Source of the DNA: Xanthobacteraceae bacterium
GTDB taxonomy: Bacteria > Pseudomonadota > Alphaproteobacteria > Rhizobiales > Xanthobacteraceae
Assembly: GCA_035319735.1 (NCBI GenBank)
Contig: DATHCD010000075.1
Location: 17,154 to 81,153, forward strand
DNA: 64,000 bases
Reading direction: 5' to 3'
Part shown: positions 8,366-17,378 of the stretch, piece by piece
Numbering within the stretch: the first letter of the stretch is position 1
Layout: each line of letters opens with the position of its first letter
The notes under the pieces: model-generated
Told to the model about the DNA's origin: nothing
The model's input: only the letters and a program-made list of their open reading frames with translations
Databases searched by the model: none
Position numbers and translations under genes: made by a program

Positions 8366-9667
8366 CTAGCATTTCTCCAGCCCGCACCAGTCGGCGATAA
8401 AGAGCGTCATCGCCTGGGTGACCCGGCGCGTGGACTCGAGGTCGACGCGCTCGTCGAAACCGTGAATCGCCTCCGAATTCGGACCATAGACGAGCGCCGG
8501 AATTCCGGCATAGAGCCCGAAGAAGCGCGCGTCCGTCGTAAAGCTCGCGGCCATCTCCTCAAGCTCCCGACCAAACACGGCGCGATGAGCAGCGCCAAGT
8601 GCGGCGACCGGCTCCTCTGCGTCGGTGAGAACGTACCCCTCCGCTTCGAAGCCATGATAGACGATTTGTGGTGGATGATTGGCCAGGAAATTGTTCTGTT
8701 GCGCTGCCGCGAGGATCGAATGTTCGATCTCGCGTTTTGCCTCCGCGATGCTCTGACCGGGATAAACTGCAACGCGGACATCGAAGCTGCACCAAGCCGG
8801 CACGCTTGAGGGCCAGTCGCCGCCTGCGATCTTGCCAACATTCAAATTGATCGGATGGTCAACCTTTTCGTAAAAGGGGTAATCCGCGCGGCGCGCATTC
8901 CATTGCTCTTCCAGCCCGTGCAGCGCCCGCATCAGCCCATAGGCGGCTTCGATGGCATTGGCGCCGGTGCCCGCCTCGCGCACATGCACGGGAACGCCCC
9001 GCACCTGCACCTGAAACCAGAGCACACCGACTTGGGCGCGGATCAGCTTGTCCCACAAAGGCTCTGGAATAAGCACCGCATCGGCGCGATAGCCGCGGGC
9101 GACACAAGCAAGCGCGCCATTGCCGGTGCATTCCTCCTCCACCACGGACTGGATGATAACGTCCGCCGCTGGTCGGCAGCCGATCCGTGCCAATGCGGTG
9201 AGCGCGGCAAAGCATCCGGCGATCCCCGCTTTCATGTCGCCCGCCCCGCGGCCATAGAGCCACTTGCCGTCGCGCCGGGGCTCGAAGGGAGGCGTTGTCC
9301 ACATATCCAACGGCCCCGGTGGCACGACGTCGATGTGGCCGTTCAAGATGAGCGATCGACCCCTAGGATTGGCCACGCGCTGACAGCCGACGACGTTGAA
9401 GGCGTTGTCATAGTTTACGTGCACCGGCGAGAAGCCGGGCAGGTGGCGAATATCCTCAAGCCTGACCTGGAAGCGATCGACTGCAAGGCCGTGGCGCCGC
9501 ATCTCGCCCGCGACGAAATCCTGTGCGGTATGCTCGGCCCCGCGCACGGACGGAAACTTCACGAGCTCCGCGGTCAGCTCTATCTGCTCCTCGAAGCCCG
9601 CGTCGACCGCCGTCATGATGGACCGGGTGATCTCCTGATCAAGCATAATGGATGTTCTCGCCGTCAT
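8366..9667 (-). CDS. ArgE/DapE-type M20 metallopeptidase / deacylase
   Basis: A 433-aa ORF. LNGHIDVVPPG, GRGAGDMKAGIAG and the EEECTGNGA acidic pair are typical of acetylornithine deacetylase-like M20 enzymes. Confidence 0.9.
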   Translation of the reverse strand: MTARTSIMLDQEITRSIMTAVDAGFEEQIELTAELVKFPSVRGAEHTAQDFVAGEMRRHGLAVDRFQVRLEDIRHLPGFSPVHVNYDNAFNVVGCQRVANPRGRSLILNGHIDVVPPGPLDMWTTPPFEPRRDGKWLYGRGAGDMKAGIAGCFAALTALARIGCRPAADVIIQSVVEEECTGNGALACVARGYRADAVLIPEPLWDKLIRAQVGVLWFQVQVRGVPVHVREAGTGANAIEAAYGLMRALHGLEEQWNARRADYPFYEKVDHPINLNVGKIAGGDWPSSVPAWCSFDVRVAVYPGQSIAEAKREIEHSILAAAQQNNFLANHPPQIVYHGFEAEGYVLTDAEEPVAALGAAHRAVFGRELEEMAASFTTDARFFGLYAGIPALVYGPNSEAIHGFDERVDLESTRRVTQAMTLFIADWCGLEKC

Positions 9668-9668
9668 G

Positions 9669-9691
9669 TTTGCGGAACGGTTGTCCGCAAA
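9669..9691. promoter_or_regulatory. Inverted repeat TTTGCGGA-N7-TCCGCAAA in a divergent promoter region
   Basis: Perfect 8-bp arms read directly. It lies immediately upstream of the deacylase start (9667), between the divergent deacylase operon and the ABC operon. Confidence 0.35.
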
Positions 9692-9727
9692 TTGCCTCGT
9701 GTCATCCCGAACCGCGCCTGCCGCGCA

Positions 9728-9780
9728 CTGTGGACGACCCCGCCTCTATTCGATAAACTTATAGAAAGTTTGGTCCACAG
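9728..9780. promoter_or_regulatory. Nested inverted repeat (CTGTGGAC...GTCCACAG enclosing AAACTT-ATAGA-AAGTTT)
   Basis: Outer arms 9728..9735 and 9773..9780 are perfect complements. The inner AT-rich palindrome is at 9755..9771. Candidate operator or RNA hairpin, 137 nt upstream of the binding-protein gene. Confidence 0.35.
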
Positions 9781-9916
9781 TGATCGACCGCCGATACCCC
9801 TCGGTCGGTGGTTTCGCCCAGGCATATCACATGATCGGGGCACGTCCAAAAGCGGGGTGCCTACTTGCTTGTCGTGGCGCTCGAAGCGGCAAGCACGCTC
9901 GACGAGAGATTCAGCA

Positions 9917-11167
9917 ATGAGGAATTCACGATTGCATTCAACGTTGCTCGCCGCATCGGCAAGCTTGGCTTTGGTCGCGAGTTTGGAAACGGCGCGCCCC
10001 CAGGAGGCGGTGAAGATCGGCGTCACCGGTCCGTTCTCAGGACCGGCAGCGCAATCCGGCCTGGCCCTCCGCCAGGGCATGATCGTGGCGGTTGAGGAAT
10101 GGAATGCCACAGGCGGGGTGGTGGCCGACAACAAGCCCCTCAAGATCGAGCCCCTCTTCGAGGATACTCAGAGCGATCCCGCGCAGGGGGTGAGCGCGGC
10201 GCAGAAATTGATCACCGGCGACCGGGTCAATTTCCTGATCGGCGATGCTTTTGCGAGCTCAGTGACCATGGCGGAAATGGATCTCGCGGATCAGTACAAG
10301 ATCCCAATGATGAGCTGCGAGCCGGTGAGTGGCGCGATCTCGGCCAAGATCGAGAAGGACCCGGAGAAATACCGGTATTTCTGGAAGGCGGACTTCAACA
10401 GTCAAGGCTACGCCGCGACCATTTATCAGACCTATGCCGCGCTGATCACAAGCGGGCAATTTACGCCGGCGAAAAAGGCTGTCGCATTTCTCGTCGAGGA
10501 CACCGACTATGGTCGCTCGATTGCGGCGAACGCAATAGACCTGTTCAAGGCCGATGGCTGGACGGTCATCGCCAACAATACCGTTCCATTAGGCAACACC
10601 AATTTCACTTCCGCGCTTGCCAAGCTCGGTTACGAGAATCCCGACGTGTTGGTCTCGGTCTTCACCTCGGTGGATTCAGGCGTCGCGCTTTCCAAGCAGT
10701 TCATCGAACAGGGCCTCACGTCCTCCCAATTCGCAATCTACTACCCGACCCGGCCGACCTATCTCAAGGGCGCGGGCGATGCGGGCGAAGGCCTGATGTG
10801 GGCACCGCTGATCTTCGACGCGGCGGAGCGCCCGGCCGATAAACTGCTGGACGAAAAGACCCGGGCCAAGTTTGCGACCGCGGCGTCGAGCGACCACGCC
10901 TACGGCTACGACTGCATGAACATCGCTCTTAATGCGGTCAAGGCTGCCGGCACGACCAACCCCGAGACCGTCGTGAAAACCTTGGCCGCCACCGACTACA
11001 ACGGCACCCTCGGCCATTACGTTTTCGATCAGAAAACCCACACGGCGCAATACGGTCCGACGTTCATCCCAATCCCAACGGCGCAAATCCGCAATGGCAA
11101 GAACGTCATCATCTGGCCGGAAACGGTAGCGACGGCCAAGTACCAGGTTCAACCCTGGATGAAGTAG
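9917..11167 (+). CDS. ABC transporter substrate-binding protein, LIV/HAAT (Peripla_BP_6) type, system 1
   Basis: The real start is the internal ATG 9917 of ORF 8855..11167. Signal peptide MRNSRLHSTLLAASASLALVASLETARPQEA. VKIGVTGPFSGPAAQSG start typical of LivJ/K-like binding proteins. Confidence 0.9.
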   Translation: MRNSRLHSTLLAASASLALVASLETARPQEAVKIGVTGPFSGPAAQSGLALRQGMIVAVEEWNATGGVVADNKPLKIEPLFEDTQSDPAQGVSAAQKLITGDRVNFLIGDAFASSVTMAEMDLADQYKIPMMSCEPVSGAISAKIEKDPEKYRYFWKADFNSQGYAATIYQTYAALITSGQFTPAKKAVAFLVEDTDYGRSIAANAIDLFKADGWTVIANNTVPLGNTNFTSALAKLGYENPDVLVSVFTSVDSGVALSKQFIEQGLTSSQFAIYYPTRPTYLKGAGDAGEGLMWAPLIFDAAERPADKLLDEKTRAKFATAASSDHAYGYDCMNIALNAVKAAGTTNPETVVKTLAATDYNGTLGHYVFDQKTHTAQYGPTFIPIPTAQIRNGKNVIIWPETVATAKYQVQPWMK

Positions 11168-11198
11168 TTCATGAGCAAGCATTCCCCCGTGCGGCGGC

Positions 11199-12005
11199 GT
11201 GCCAGGCGCCGCCCCGGATGACGCGGCGACGGCAACCCGTTTTGACGACGAAAGAGGCAGTTTGGATAGACGGCCCATTCTCGCAGTCGAGGACGTTCGG
11301 CGAAACTTCGGCGGCCTCGTGGTACTCGACGGCGTCTCATTCGAATCCTTCGCCGGCGAAACGCTGTCCCTCATCGGCCCGAACGGTGCCGGCAAAACGA
11401 CGCTCTTCAACGTCATCGCGGGTTCGCTCCCGGCCTCCGGCGGCCGCATCCTGCTCGACGGTCGAGATGTCACGCGACTGAAGCCGAGTGTCCGTTGCAA
11501 TCTGGGCATTGCCCGTACCTTCCAGATTCCGCAGCCTTTCGCCAGCCTAACCGTGCTCGAGAACGTCGAAGTGGCGCTCGAATTCGGTCGTCGGGCGGAA
11601 CGCAAAGATCCGGCTGTTGCCCGAGGCTGGGCGGAGCGTGCGGGTCTCGAGCAATGGCTTGAGGCACCGGCCGCAGAGCTTCCGCTCGGCGCCCGCAAAA
11701 AGCTCGAACTCGTGCGCGCGCTCGCCACCAAGCCGCGCGTCGTTCTGCTCGACGAAGTGATGGGCGGCCTGTCGCCTGAGGACATCGACGAAATCGCTGC
11801 CATCGTACGCGGCCTCAAGGCGGAAAACGTCGCTGTCATTTTCGTCGAGCATGTGCTGCGCGCGGTGATGAGCATTGCCGACCGAATTATCGTGCTGCAC
11901 CAGGGCCGGCTGATCGCCGACGGCACGCCGGCGAATGTTTCACGCGACCCGGCGGTGATCGAAGCCTATCTTGGAGGAGATATCGATGCCGCTGCTCAGC
12001 GTTGA
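11199..12005 (+). CDS. ABC transporter ATP-binding protein (LivG-like), system 1
   Basis: GPNGAGKTTLFN Walker A, LPLGARKKLELVRAL signature region, LLDEVMGGL Walker B. GTG start at 11199; exact start uncertain. Confidence 0.9.
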   Translation: MPGAAPDDAATATRFDDERGSLDRRPILAVEDVRRNFGGLVVLDGVSFESFAGETLSLIGPNGAGKTTLFNVIAGSLPASGGRILLDGRDVTRLKPSVRCNLGIARTFQIPQPFASLTVLENVEVALEFGRRAERKDPAVARGWAERAGLEQWLEAPAAELPLGARKKLELVRALATKPRVVLLDEVMGGLSPEDIDEIAAIVRGLKAENVAVIFVEHVLRAVMSIADRIIVLHQGRLIADGTPANVSRDPAVIEAYLGGDIDAAAQR

Positions 12006-12696
12006 AAGCATCTCCAGCTACTACGGGGATGCGCAAGTGCTCACGGACATCAATCTGGAGATTGAGGACAACGAGATTGTCGCGGTCATCGGGCCGAACG
12101 GCGCCGGCAAGACCAGCATGCTGCGCACGGTTTCCGGACTGCTGCGTCCACGCTCGGGCTCGATCCGCTTCCAAGGCAAGGCGATCGAGCGGTTGCCGGC
12201 CCACGCGCTCATCGGCCTCGGCATTGCCCACGTGCCGGAGGGGCGACACCTGTTCCCGCAGATGACCATCCGCGAGAACCTGCTGATGGGGAGCTATGGC
12301 ACATCGACCTGGAAAGATCGCGCGGCCCTGATCGACGAGGTCTGTACGATCTTCCCTCGCCTCCAGGAGCGGATTGGTCAATTGGCCGGCACACTCTCGG
12401 GTGGCGAGCGCCAGATGTTGGCGACCGCGCGCGCACTCATGGCGCGACCCCGACTCCTCATGCTTGACGAACCCTCGCTAGGGTTGGCGCCTAAGATTAT
12501 CGAAACGGTCCATTCCATCATTCGAACCATCAACCAGCAGGGCGTTGCCGTGCTCCTGGTCGAGCAGAACGCGCAGATGGCGCTCAAGGCAGCGGCGCGC
12601 GCCTATCTTCTGGAGAACGGAGCGATAGTCAAATTCGGCAGCACGGTGGATTTTCTGGCGGATCAGTCCGTCCGTCGATCCTATCTCGGGATCTGA
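11986..12696 (+). CDS. ABC transporter ATP-binding protein (LivF-like), system 1
   Basis: ATG 11986 preceded by GGAGGAG. GPNGAGKTSML, LSGGERQML, LLMLDEPSLGLAP. Confidence 0.9.
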   Translation: MPLLSVESISSYYGDAQVLTDINLEIEDNEIVAVIGPNGAGKTSMLRTVSGLLRPRSGSIRFQGKAIERLPAHALIGLGIAHVPEGRHLFPQMTIRENLLMGSYGTSTWKDRAALIDEVCTIFPRLQERIGQLAGTLSGGERQMLATARALMARPRLLMLDEPSLGLAPKIIETVHSIIRTINQQGVAVLLVEQNAQMALKAAARAYLLENGAIVKFGSTVDFLADQSVRRSYLGI

Positions 12697-12699
12697 ACC

Positions 12700-13578
12700 A
12701 TGCCGATCCAGCTCATCATCGCTCAGATCGTCAACGGCGTCATCGTGGGATCGATGTACGCGCTCTTCGCCAGCGGCCTGACGCTGATCTGGGGCACGAT
12801 GAAGATGCTAAACTTCGCTCATGGCGAATTCTTCATGCTGGCGGGCTATCTCGTTTATTTCTGCTACGCCGTGCTTGGCATCAATCCGGCGTGGTCCACC
12901 TTGATCGCCGTCGCGACGGTGTTTTTGCTTGGCATCATTGTCGAGCGCGTCGTGATCCACCATCTGCTATCGCGCCCGGTTTGGCAGCTCACCACCATCG
13001 TCGCGACGCTCGGCGCCTCGATCTTCCTGCAGAACCTGGCCCTCCATGTCTGGGGGGCGGATTTCCAGAACGTACCCTATTTCATCGGTGGCGTACTCAG
13101 TATCCACGGTGTTCGCATCGCTTACCAGCGCCTGCTGATCCTGGGCGTCTCCTGCGCCTCGATCGCAACGCTTTGGTTCGTCCTGAAATACACGCGGTTT
13201 GGCCTGGCCTTGCGTGCGACGGCGCAGGACGCGGATGCAGCGCAGCTCTATGGCGTCAACATCCTCTCGATCTATACGCTCACCTTCGGCTTCTCGGCGG
13301 CGCTCGCCGCACTTTCCGCCGCCATGCTTGCGCCCATCACTGCGGTCAATCCCTATATGGGGCTCAGCCCGCTGCTTAAGGGCTTTGTCGTGGTGATCCT
13401 CGGCGGGCTGGGCAGCTTTGGCGGCGCCATTCTTGGCGGGATACTCCTCGGGATCGCCGAAAGCTTCGGTGTCCTCTTTTCGTCGACAGAGTGGAGCGAC
13501 GTGATCGCCTTCACCCTTCTGGTGCTGGTGATTTGGATTCGACCATGGGGACTGTTCGGGGTCGAGGAGCGGAGCTAG
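12700..13578 (+). CDS. Branched-chain-type ABC permease (LivH-like), system 1
   Basis: A 292-aa polytopic membrane protein. NFAHGEFFMLAGY and ILGGLGSFGGAILGG motifs of LivH permeases. Confidence 0.9.
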   Translation: MPIQLIIAQIVNGVIVGSMYALFASGLTLIWGTMKMLNFAHGEFFMLAGYLVYFCYAVLGINPAWSTLIAVATVFLLGIIVERVVIHHLLSRPVWQLTTIVATLGASIFLQNLALHVWGADFQNVPYFIGGVLSIHGVRIAYQRLLILGVSCASIATLWFVLKYTRFGLALRATAQDADAAQLYGVNILSIYTLTFGFSAALAALSAAMLAPITAVNPYMGLSPLLKGFVVVILGGLGSFGGAILGGILLGIAESFGVLFSSTEWSDVIAFTLLVLVIWIRPWGLFGVEERS

Positions 13579-13580
13579 AC

Positions 13581-14567
13581 ATGCCGCGAGAAACCGCCGC
13601 CCAACCTCGGCGCGGCGCCGTGGTGGCAATCCTGGGGCTGCTCTGCCTCGTCCCTCCGCTTGTGCATAATCCGTATCTGCTGCACCTCTGTATCTTGAGC
13701 ATGATCTACGCCATGCTCGGCGCGAGCTGGAACCTGATCAACGGCTACGCCGGCATCTTCACCTTCGGTCATCAGGCCTTCTTCGGACTTGGCGCATACA
13801 GCTCGGCCCTGCTCGCCATGCATTCCGGATTGAGTCCGTGGATCACCTTGTGGTGCGGCGGTGTGGTCGCCGCTTTCGCCGGCCTCGTGATCGGCCTGCC
13901 CGTTCTCCGCATCCGATCGATCGCTCACGTCGCCATCATCACTCTGGCCTTTGCCGTCATCGTGCACGCCGTCGTCTCCAATTTGCCCGAGCTGACGCGG
14001 GGAACGCTCGGGCTCGCCGGAATCCCGCCCTTCACCCCTATCGTGCTGCCGAGGCTCGGCACGATTTCATTCGGCGCCGGCGCCTCGGCTGCTTCCTATT
14101 ACGTCGCGCTGGCCTTTCTCACGCTTTCCGCCGCGCTCCTGATCTGGGTCGTCAGCGGACGCACGGGACTTGCACTCAGAGCGATACGGGATTCGGAGGC
14201 TGCGGCCGCCAGCCTCGGTGTCGATCCGACCCGCTACAAACTCCTCGCCTTCATCGTCAGTTCCTTCGTCGCCGGCGTTGCCGGCGCCTATTACGCCCAT
14301 TACCTTGGCGTTCTGACGCCGGAGTCCTCAATCGGCGTCCCTATCATGATAACGGTGTTGGTGATCACGCTTGTGGGCGGCATCGGCACGACCGTCGGTC
14401 CCCTGATCGGCGCGTTCCTCGTGATCATTGGACTCGAGGTGTTACGCAGCGTTGGCGACTATCGGCTGATGGTCTACGGCGTCCTCCTTGTGCTGTTCGT
14501 CAATTTTGCACCGAACGGGCTGGCGCAGCTCACACTGTTCGATCGGCGGCGAGGAAAACGCCGGTAA
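13581..14567 (+). CDS. Branched-chain-type ABC permease (LivM-like), system 1
   Basis: Internal ATG 13581 of ORF 13491..14567, 3 nt after the LivH stop. GYAGIFTFGHQAFFGLGAY and LRAIRDSEAAAASLGV motifs. Confidence 0.9.
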   Translation: MPRETAAQPRRGAVVAILGLLCLVPPLVHNPYLLHLCILSMIYAMLGASWNLINGYAGIFTFGHQAFFGLGAYSSALLAMHSGLSPWITLWCGGVVAAFAGLVIGLPVLRIRSIAHVAIITLAFAVIVHAVVSNLPELTRGTLGLAGIPPFTPIVLPRLGTISFGAGASAASYYVALAFLTLSAALLIWVVSGRTGLALRAIRDSEAAAASLGVDPTRYKLLAFIVSSFVAGVAGAYYAHYLGVLTPESSIGVPIMITVLVITLVGGIGTTVGPLIGAFLVIIGLEVLRSVGDYRLMVYGVLLVLFVNFAPNGLAQLTLFDRRRGKRR

Positions 14568-14788
14568 TTTTCTGCGGCGCCGCCCTTCTTGCACCTCGCC
14601 CCGCCGACGCATGCGCGCCTGGCATTCACAGCTTCCTTTAGCCGGCCGCGCGCTGATTAAGGCGAGTGCGGCTTGTCGCGCTTGCGATCCCGCGCAATCA
14701 GGATATCGTGCCGCTTGCCGCATCCGTCCCATCCGGCCGGACGCTCCTCGGCGATTGCGTCGATCGGACACTTTTTGAGGAACACGTC

Positions 14789-15400
14789 ATGGGAATCAAA
14801 CTGTACTATCATCCGCTCTCGACCTATTCACGGCGCGTGCTCATCGCGTTCGCCGAGAAAGAGATCCCGCATGAGCTCGTCCTCGTCGACATGGTGGCGC
14901 GTCGGCACCGCGAGGAGCCCTATCTGTCGCTCAACCCCTATGGCCGCGTGCCGACACTCGAGGAGGACGGGTTCGTGCTCTTCGAGTCGACTGCGATCCT
15001 CAATTATCTCGAGGCGACGCGGCCGAGCCCGCCGCTGCTGCCGGCCGATCCACGCAGCCGCGCGCTGGTCGACATGCACATGAAGCTGTGCGACCTGCAG
15101 CTCACCCGCCAAGCTGGAACCATCATATTTCCCAAGCGCTTCCTGCCCAAGGAACGATGGAACGCCACCGCGATCGCCGAGGCCAAGGCCGAGATTGAGA
15201 AGCACCTGGCGATCCTCGACCGGCAGCTTGTCGGCAAGACCTACCTCGTCGCCGAGCAGTTCTCGCTCGCCGAGGTGTGCTACGCGCCGTTCCTTGAGTT
15301 CCTGCCGCTGATGGAAATCACCCCGCCGCCTTCGGTCGCGGCATGGAGCGCGCGGCTGCTCGCGCGCCCGAGCGCGGTGGCGACGCGGCCGCAGAAATAA
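14789..15400 (+). CDS. Glutathione S-transferase
   Basis: Internal ATG 14789. MGIKLYYHPLSTYSRRVL...NPYGRVPTLEEDGFVLFESTAILNYL is the thioredoxin-like GST N-domain. The C-terminal helical domain follows. Confidence 0.9.
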   Translation: MGIKLYYHPLSTYSRRVLIAFAEKEIPHELVLVDMVARRHREEPYLSLNPYGRVPTLEEDGFVLFESTAILNYLEATRPSPPLLPADPRSRALVDMHMKLCDLQLTRQAGTIIFPKRFLPKERWNATAIAEAKAEIEKHLAILDRQLVGKTYLVAEQFSLAEVCYAPFLEFLPLMEITPPPSVAAWSARLLARPSAVATRPQK

Positions 15401-15440
15401 CGCGAGGGGCGGCTGTCTGCGGCAGGTTCGGAAGCGCCAT

Positions 15441-16400
15441 ATGAGTCTAAAAGCGTTCGATACGGCGATCGCCGACGACGGCGAAACGCTGACCGGACCG
15501 TGGCGCCGGCCTCAGCAGATGCTCGCCGCGCAAATCTACGACGATCACGTTTCGATCCACGACGATGCGATGGCGCAGAAAATGGGATTCAAGGGCGGAA
15601 CGATCGAGGGCCCGACCCATTTCAGCCAGTTTGCGCCGCTGTGCGAGCAGCTGTGGGGCGACCGCTGGTTCGAGGTCGGATGCATCTCGGCGCATTATCG
15701 CTGTGCCGTCTTCGCCGGCGAAGAGGTGCAGGCGATCGTCACCAAACCGAGAGCCAGCGAGGCGCAAGCCGACATTCGCATGGTCAAGCGCGACGGCACC
15801 GAGGTCCTGCGCGGCACCGCGTCGGTTGCGCCGAAAACGTCGGCGACCGCGCTCGACAAGCGCCTGCGCGACGAACTGAAGCCCTTGACCGACCCGGTGA
15901 TCTTAAGGGACGTCAAGGTCGGCATGAAGACGCGCCGGCAGACGGTGCGCATGGATTTCAATCAAAAAATGGGGCCGCTCTATCCATTCTCACTGCGTGA
16001 GAAGCTCGCCGTGATCACCGAGCCGTCCTGGCTTTACCAGCCCGAGCGCGCGGCGGAAAGCAAATGGGGGCGCCCGATTATCCCGTTGGAAATGCTAAGC
16101 GTCCTCTTTCAGTATTGCTCGATGCATGACGGGCCGCCGATCAAGCGACCCTCCGTCGGATTGTTCGCGGATCAGGAGATCCGGCTCCTCGATGGGCCGC
16201 TGTTCGTCGGCGAAAGCTATGAACTCGAGCGCGAAGTGGTGGCGCTCAGCGCAAGCCGGAGAACCGAGAGCCTGTGGCTGCGCACGGCCGTCTTTACGGG
16301 GCAAGCGGCGCATCCAGTGGCGGAGATGCTGCTGAACATGGCCAGCATCAAGGATTCTTACGCCGGCTACGCGAAGGAACACGCCCGGCTCTACGGCTGA
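15441..16400 (+). CDS. Hot-dog-fold protein, MaoC-dehydratase-like (probable double hot-dog), function unknown
   Basis: A 319-aa ORF. IHDDAMAQKMGFKGGTIEGPTHFSQF resembles the MaoC hydratase segment (H-x-D...GF...I-x-G). The second half has a comparable beta-rich pattern. Function not assignable by eye. Confidence 0.55.
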   Translation: MSLKAFDTAIADDGETLTGPWRRPQQMLAAQIYDDHVSIHDDAMAQKMGFKGGTIEGPTHFSQFAPLCEQLWGDRWFEVGCISAHYRCAVFAGEEVQAIVTKPRASEAQADIRMVKRDGTEVLRGTASVAPKTSATALDKRLRDELKPLTDPVILRDVKVGMKTRRQTVRMDFNQKMGPLYPFSLREKLAVITEPSWLYQPERAAESKWGRPIIPLEMLSVLFQYCSMHDGPPIKRPSVGLFADQEIRLLDGPLFVGESYELEREVVALSASRRTESLWLRTAVFTGQAAHPVAEMLLNMASIKDSYAGYAKEHARLYG

Positions 16401-16418
16401 CGACTAAGCGGCTGTCGC

Positions 16419-17219
16419 CTAATCCTTCCTCGCCGGGGCGTTTGCATAGACGATACCCCCGTCGACCACGATGGTGGCGCCGACGACATAGTCGCCCGCC
16501 CGCGACGCCAGATAGATCGCCGCGCCCGCCATGTCCTCATCGGTGCCGATTCTCCCCGCCGGCACGTGGCGCGCCACGGCGTCGGGATGGTCGCGCGCGG
16601 CTCTGTTCATGTCGGACTTGAACGGCCCGGGCGCGATCGCCGTGACGACGACGTGGTCCTCGATCAGCTTCGCTGCCATCCGGCGCGTCAAATGAATCAA
16701 TGCCGATTTGCTCGCCGCATAGGAGTACGTCTCTAGCGGATTGACGAAGATACCGTCGATCGAGGCGATGTTGATGACCTTGGCGGGCCGCTGGCGTGAC
16801 GCCGCGGCGCGCAACGGCGCGGCCAGCGCCTTGGTCAGGAAGAACGGCGTTTTGACGTTGAGGTTCATCACCTTGTCCCAGCCGTTCTCGGGAAATTCGT
16901 CAAACTCGGCGCCCCATGCGACCCCGGCATTGTTGACCAGGATATCCAGCTTCCGCTCGCGCTTCTTCATCTCCGCCGCGAACGTCTCGATCCCGGACAT
17001 CGAGGAGAGATCAATCGGCACCGCGATGCATTCTCTGCCGTATTCGCGGCTCAGCTCCTTGGCGGCCGCTTCGCACGGTTCGACCTTGCGGGCAGTGATG
17101 TAGACTTTCGCCGCGCCCTGGGCGAGAAATCCGGCGGCGATCATCTTGCCGATGCCGCGCGAGCCGCCGGTGACGATGGCAATCCTGTCCTGTAGCGAAA
17201 AAAGATCCTTCGGCAACAT
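16419..17219 (-). CDS. SDR-family oxidoreductase (3-oxoacyl reductase-like)
   Basis: ATG 17219 preceded by GGAGGAGG. TGGSRGIGK, NNAG, YSYAASKSAL (YxxxK). Confidence 0.9.
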   Translation of the reverse strand: MLPKDLFSLQDRIAIVTGGSRGIGKMIAAGFLAQGAAKVYITARKVEPCEAAAKELSREYGRECIAVPIDLSSMSGIETFAAEMKKRERKLDILVNNAGVAWGAEFDEFPENGWDKVMNLNVKTPFFLTKALAAPLRAAASRQRPAKVINIASIDGIFVNPLETYSYAASKSALIHLTRRMAAKLIEDHVVVTAIAPGPFKSDMNRAARDHPDAVARHVPAGRIGTDEDMAGAAIYLASRAGDYVVGATIVVDGGIVYANAPARKD

Positions 17220-17378
17220 CTTCCTCCTCCAAGCTTCTTTCGGTTGCGCATCGTGCCAAGAATTATGCGCGGCTCAACCGCCGCGCTGCCGCGCAACGAC
17301 ATCCTGCTGCCGATATCGGGAAAAGACTCCCTGGTCAAACGGACGGTAACTGAGATACACGTCAATGACCGCGAGCCG

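Noticed and set aside
8855-9916. In-frame N-terminal extension that makes the binding-protein ORF 770 aa long.
   Set aside because: The extension overlaps the deacylase gene on the other strand and the divergent promoter, and it has junk composition. A canonical signal peptide starts at ATG 9917.
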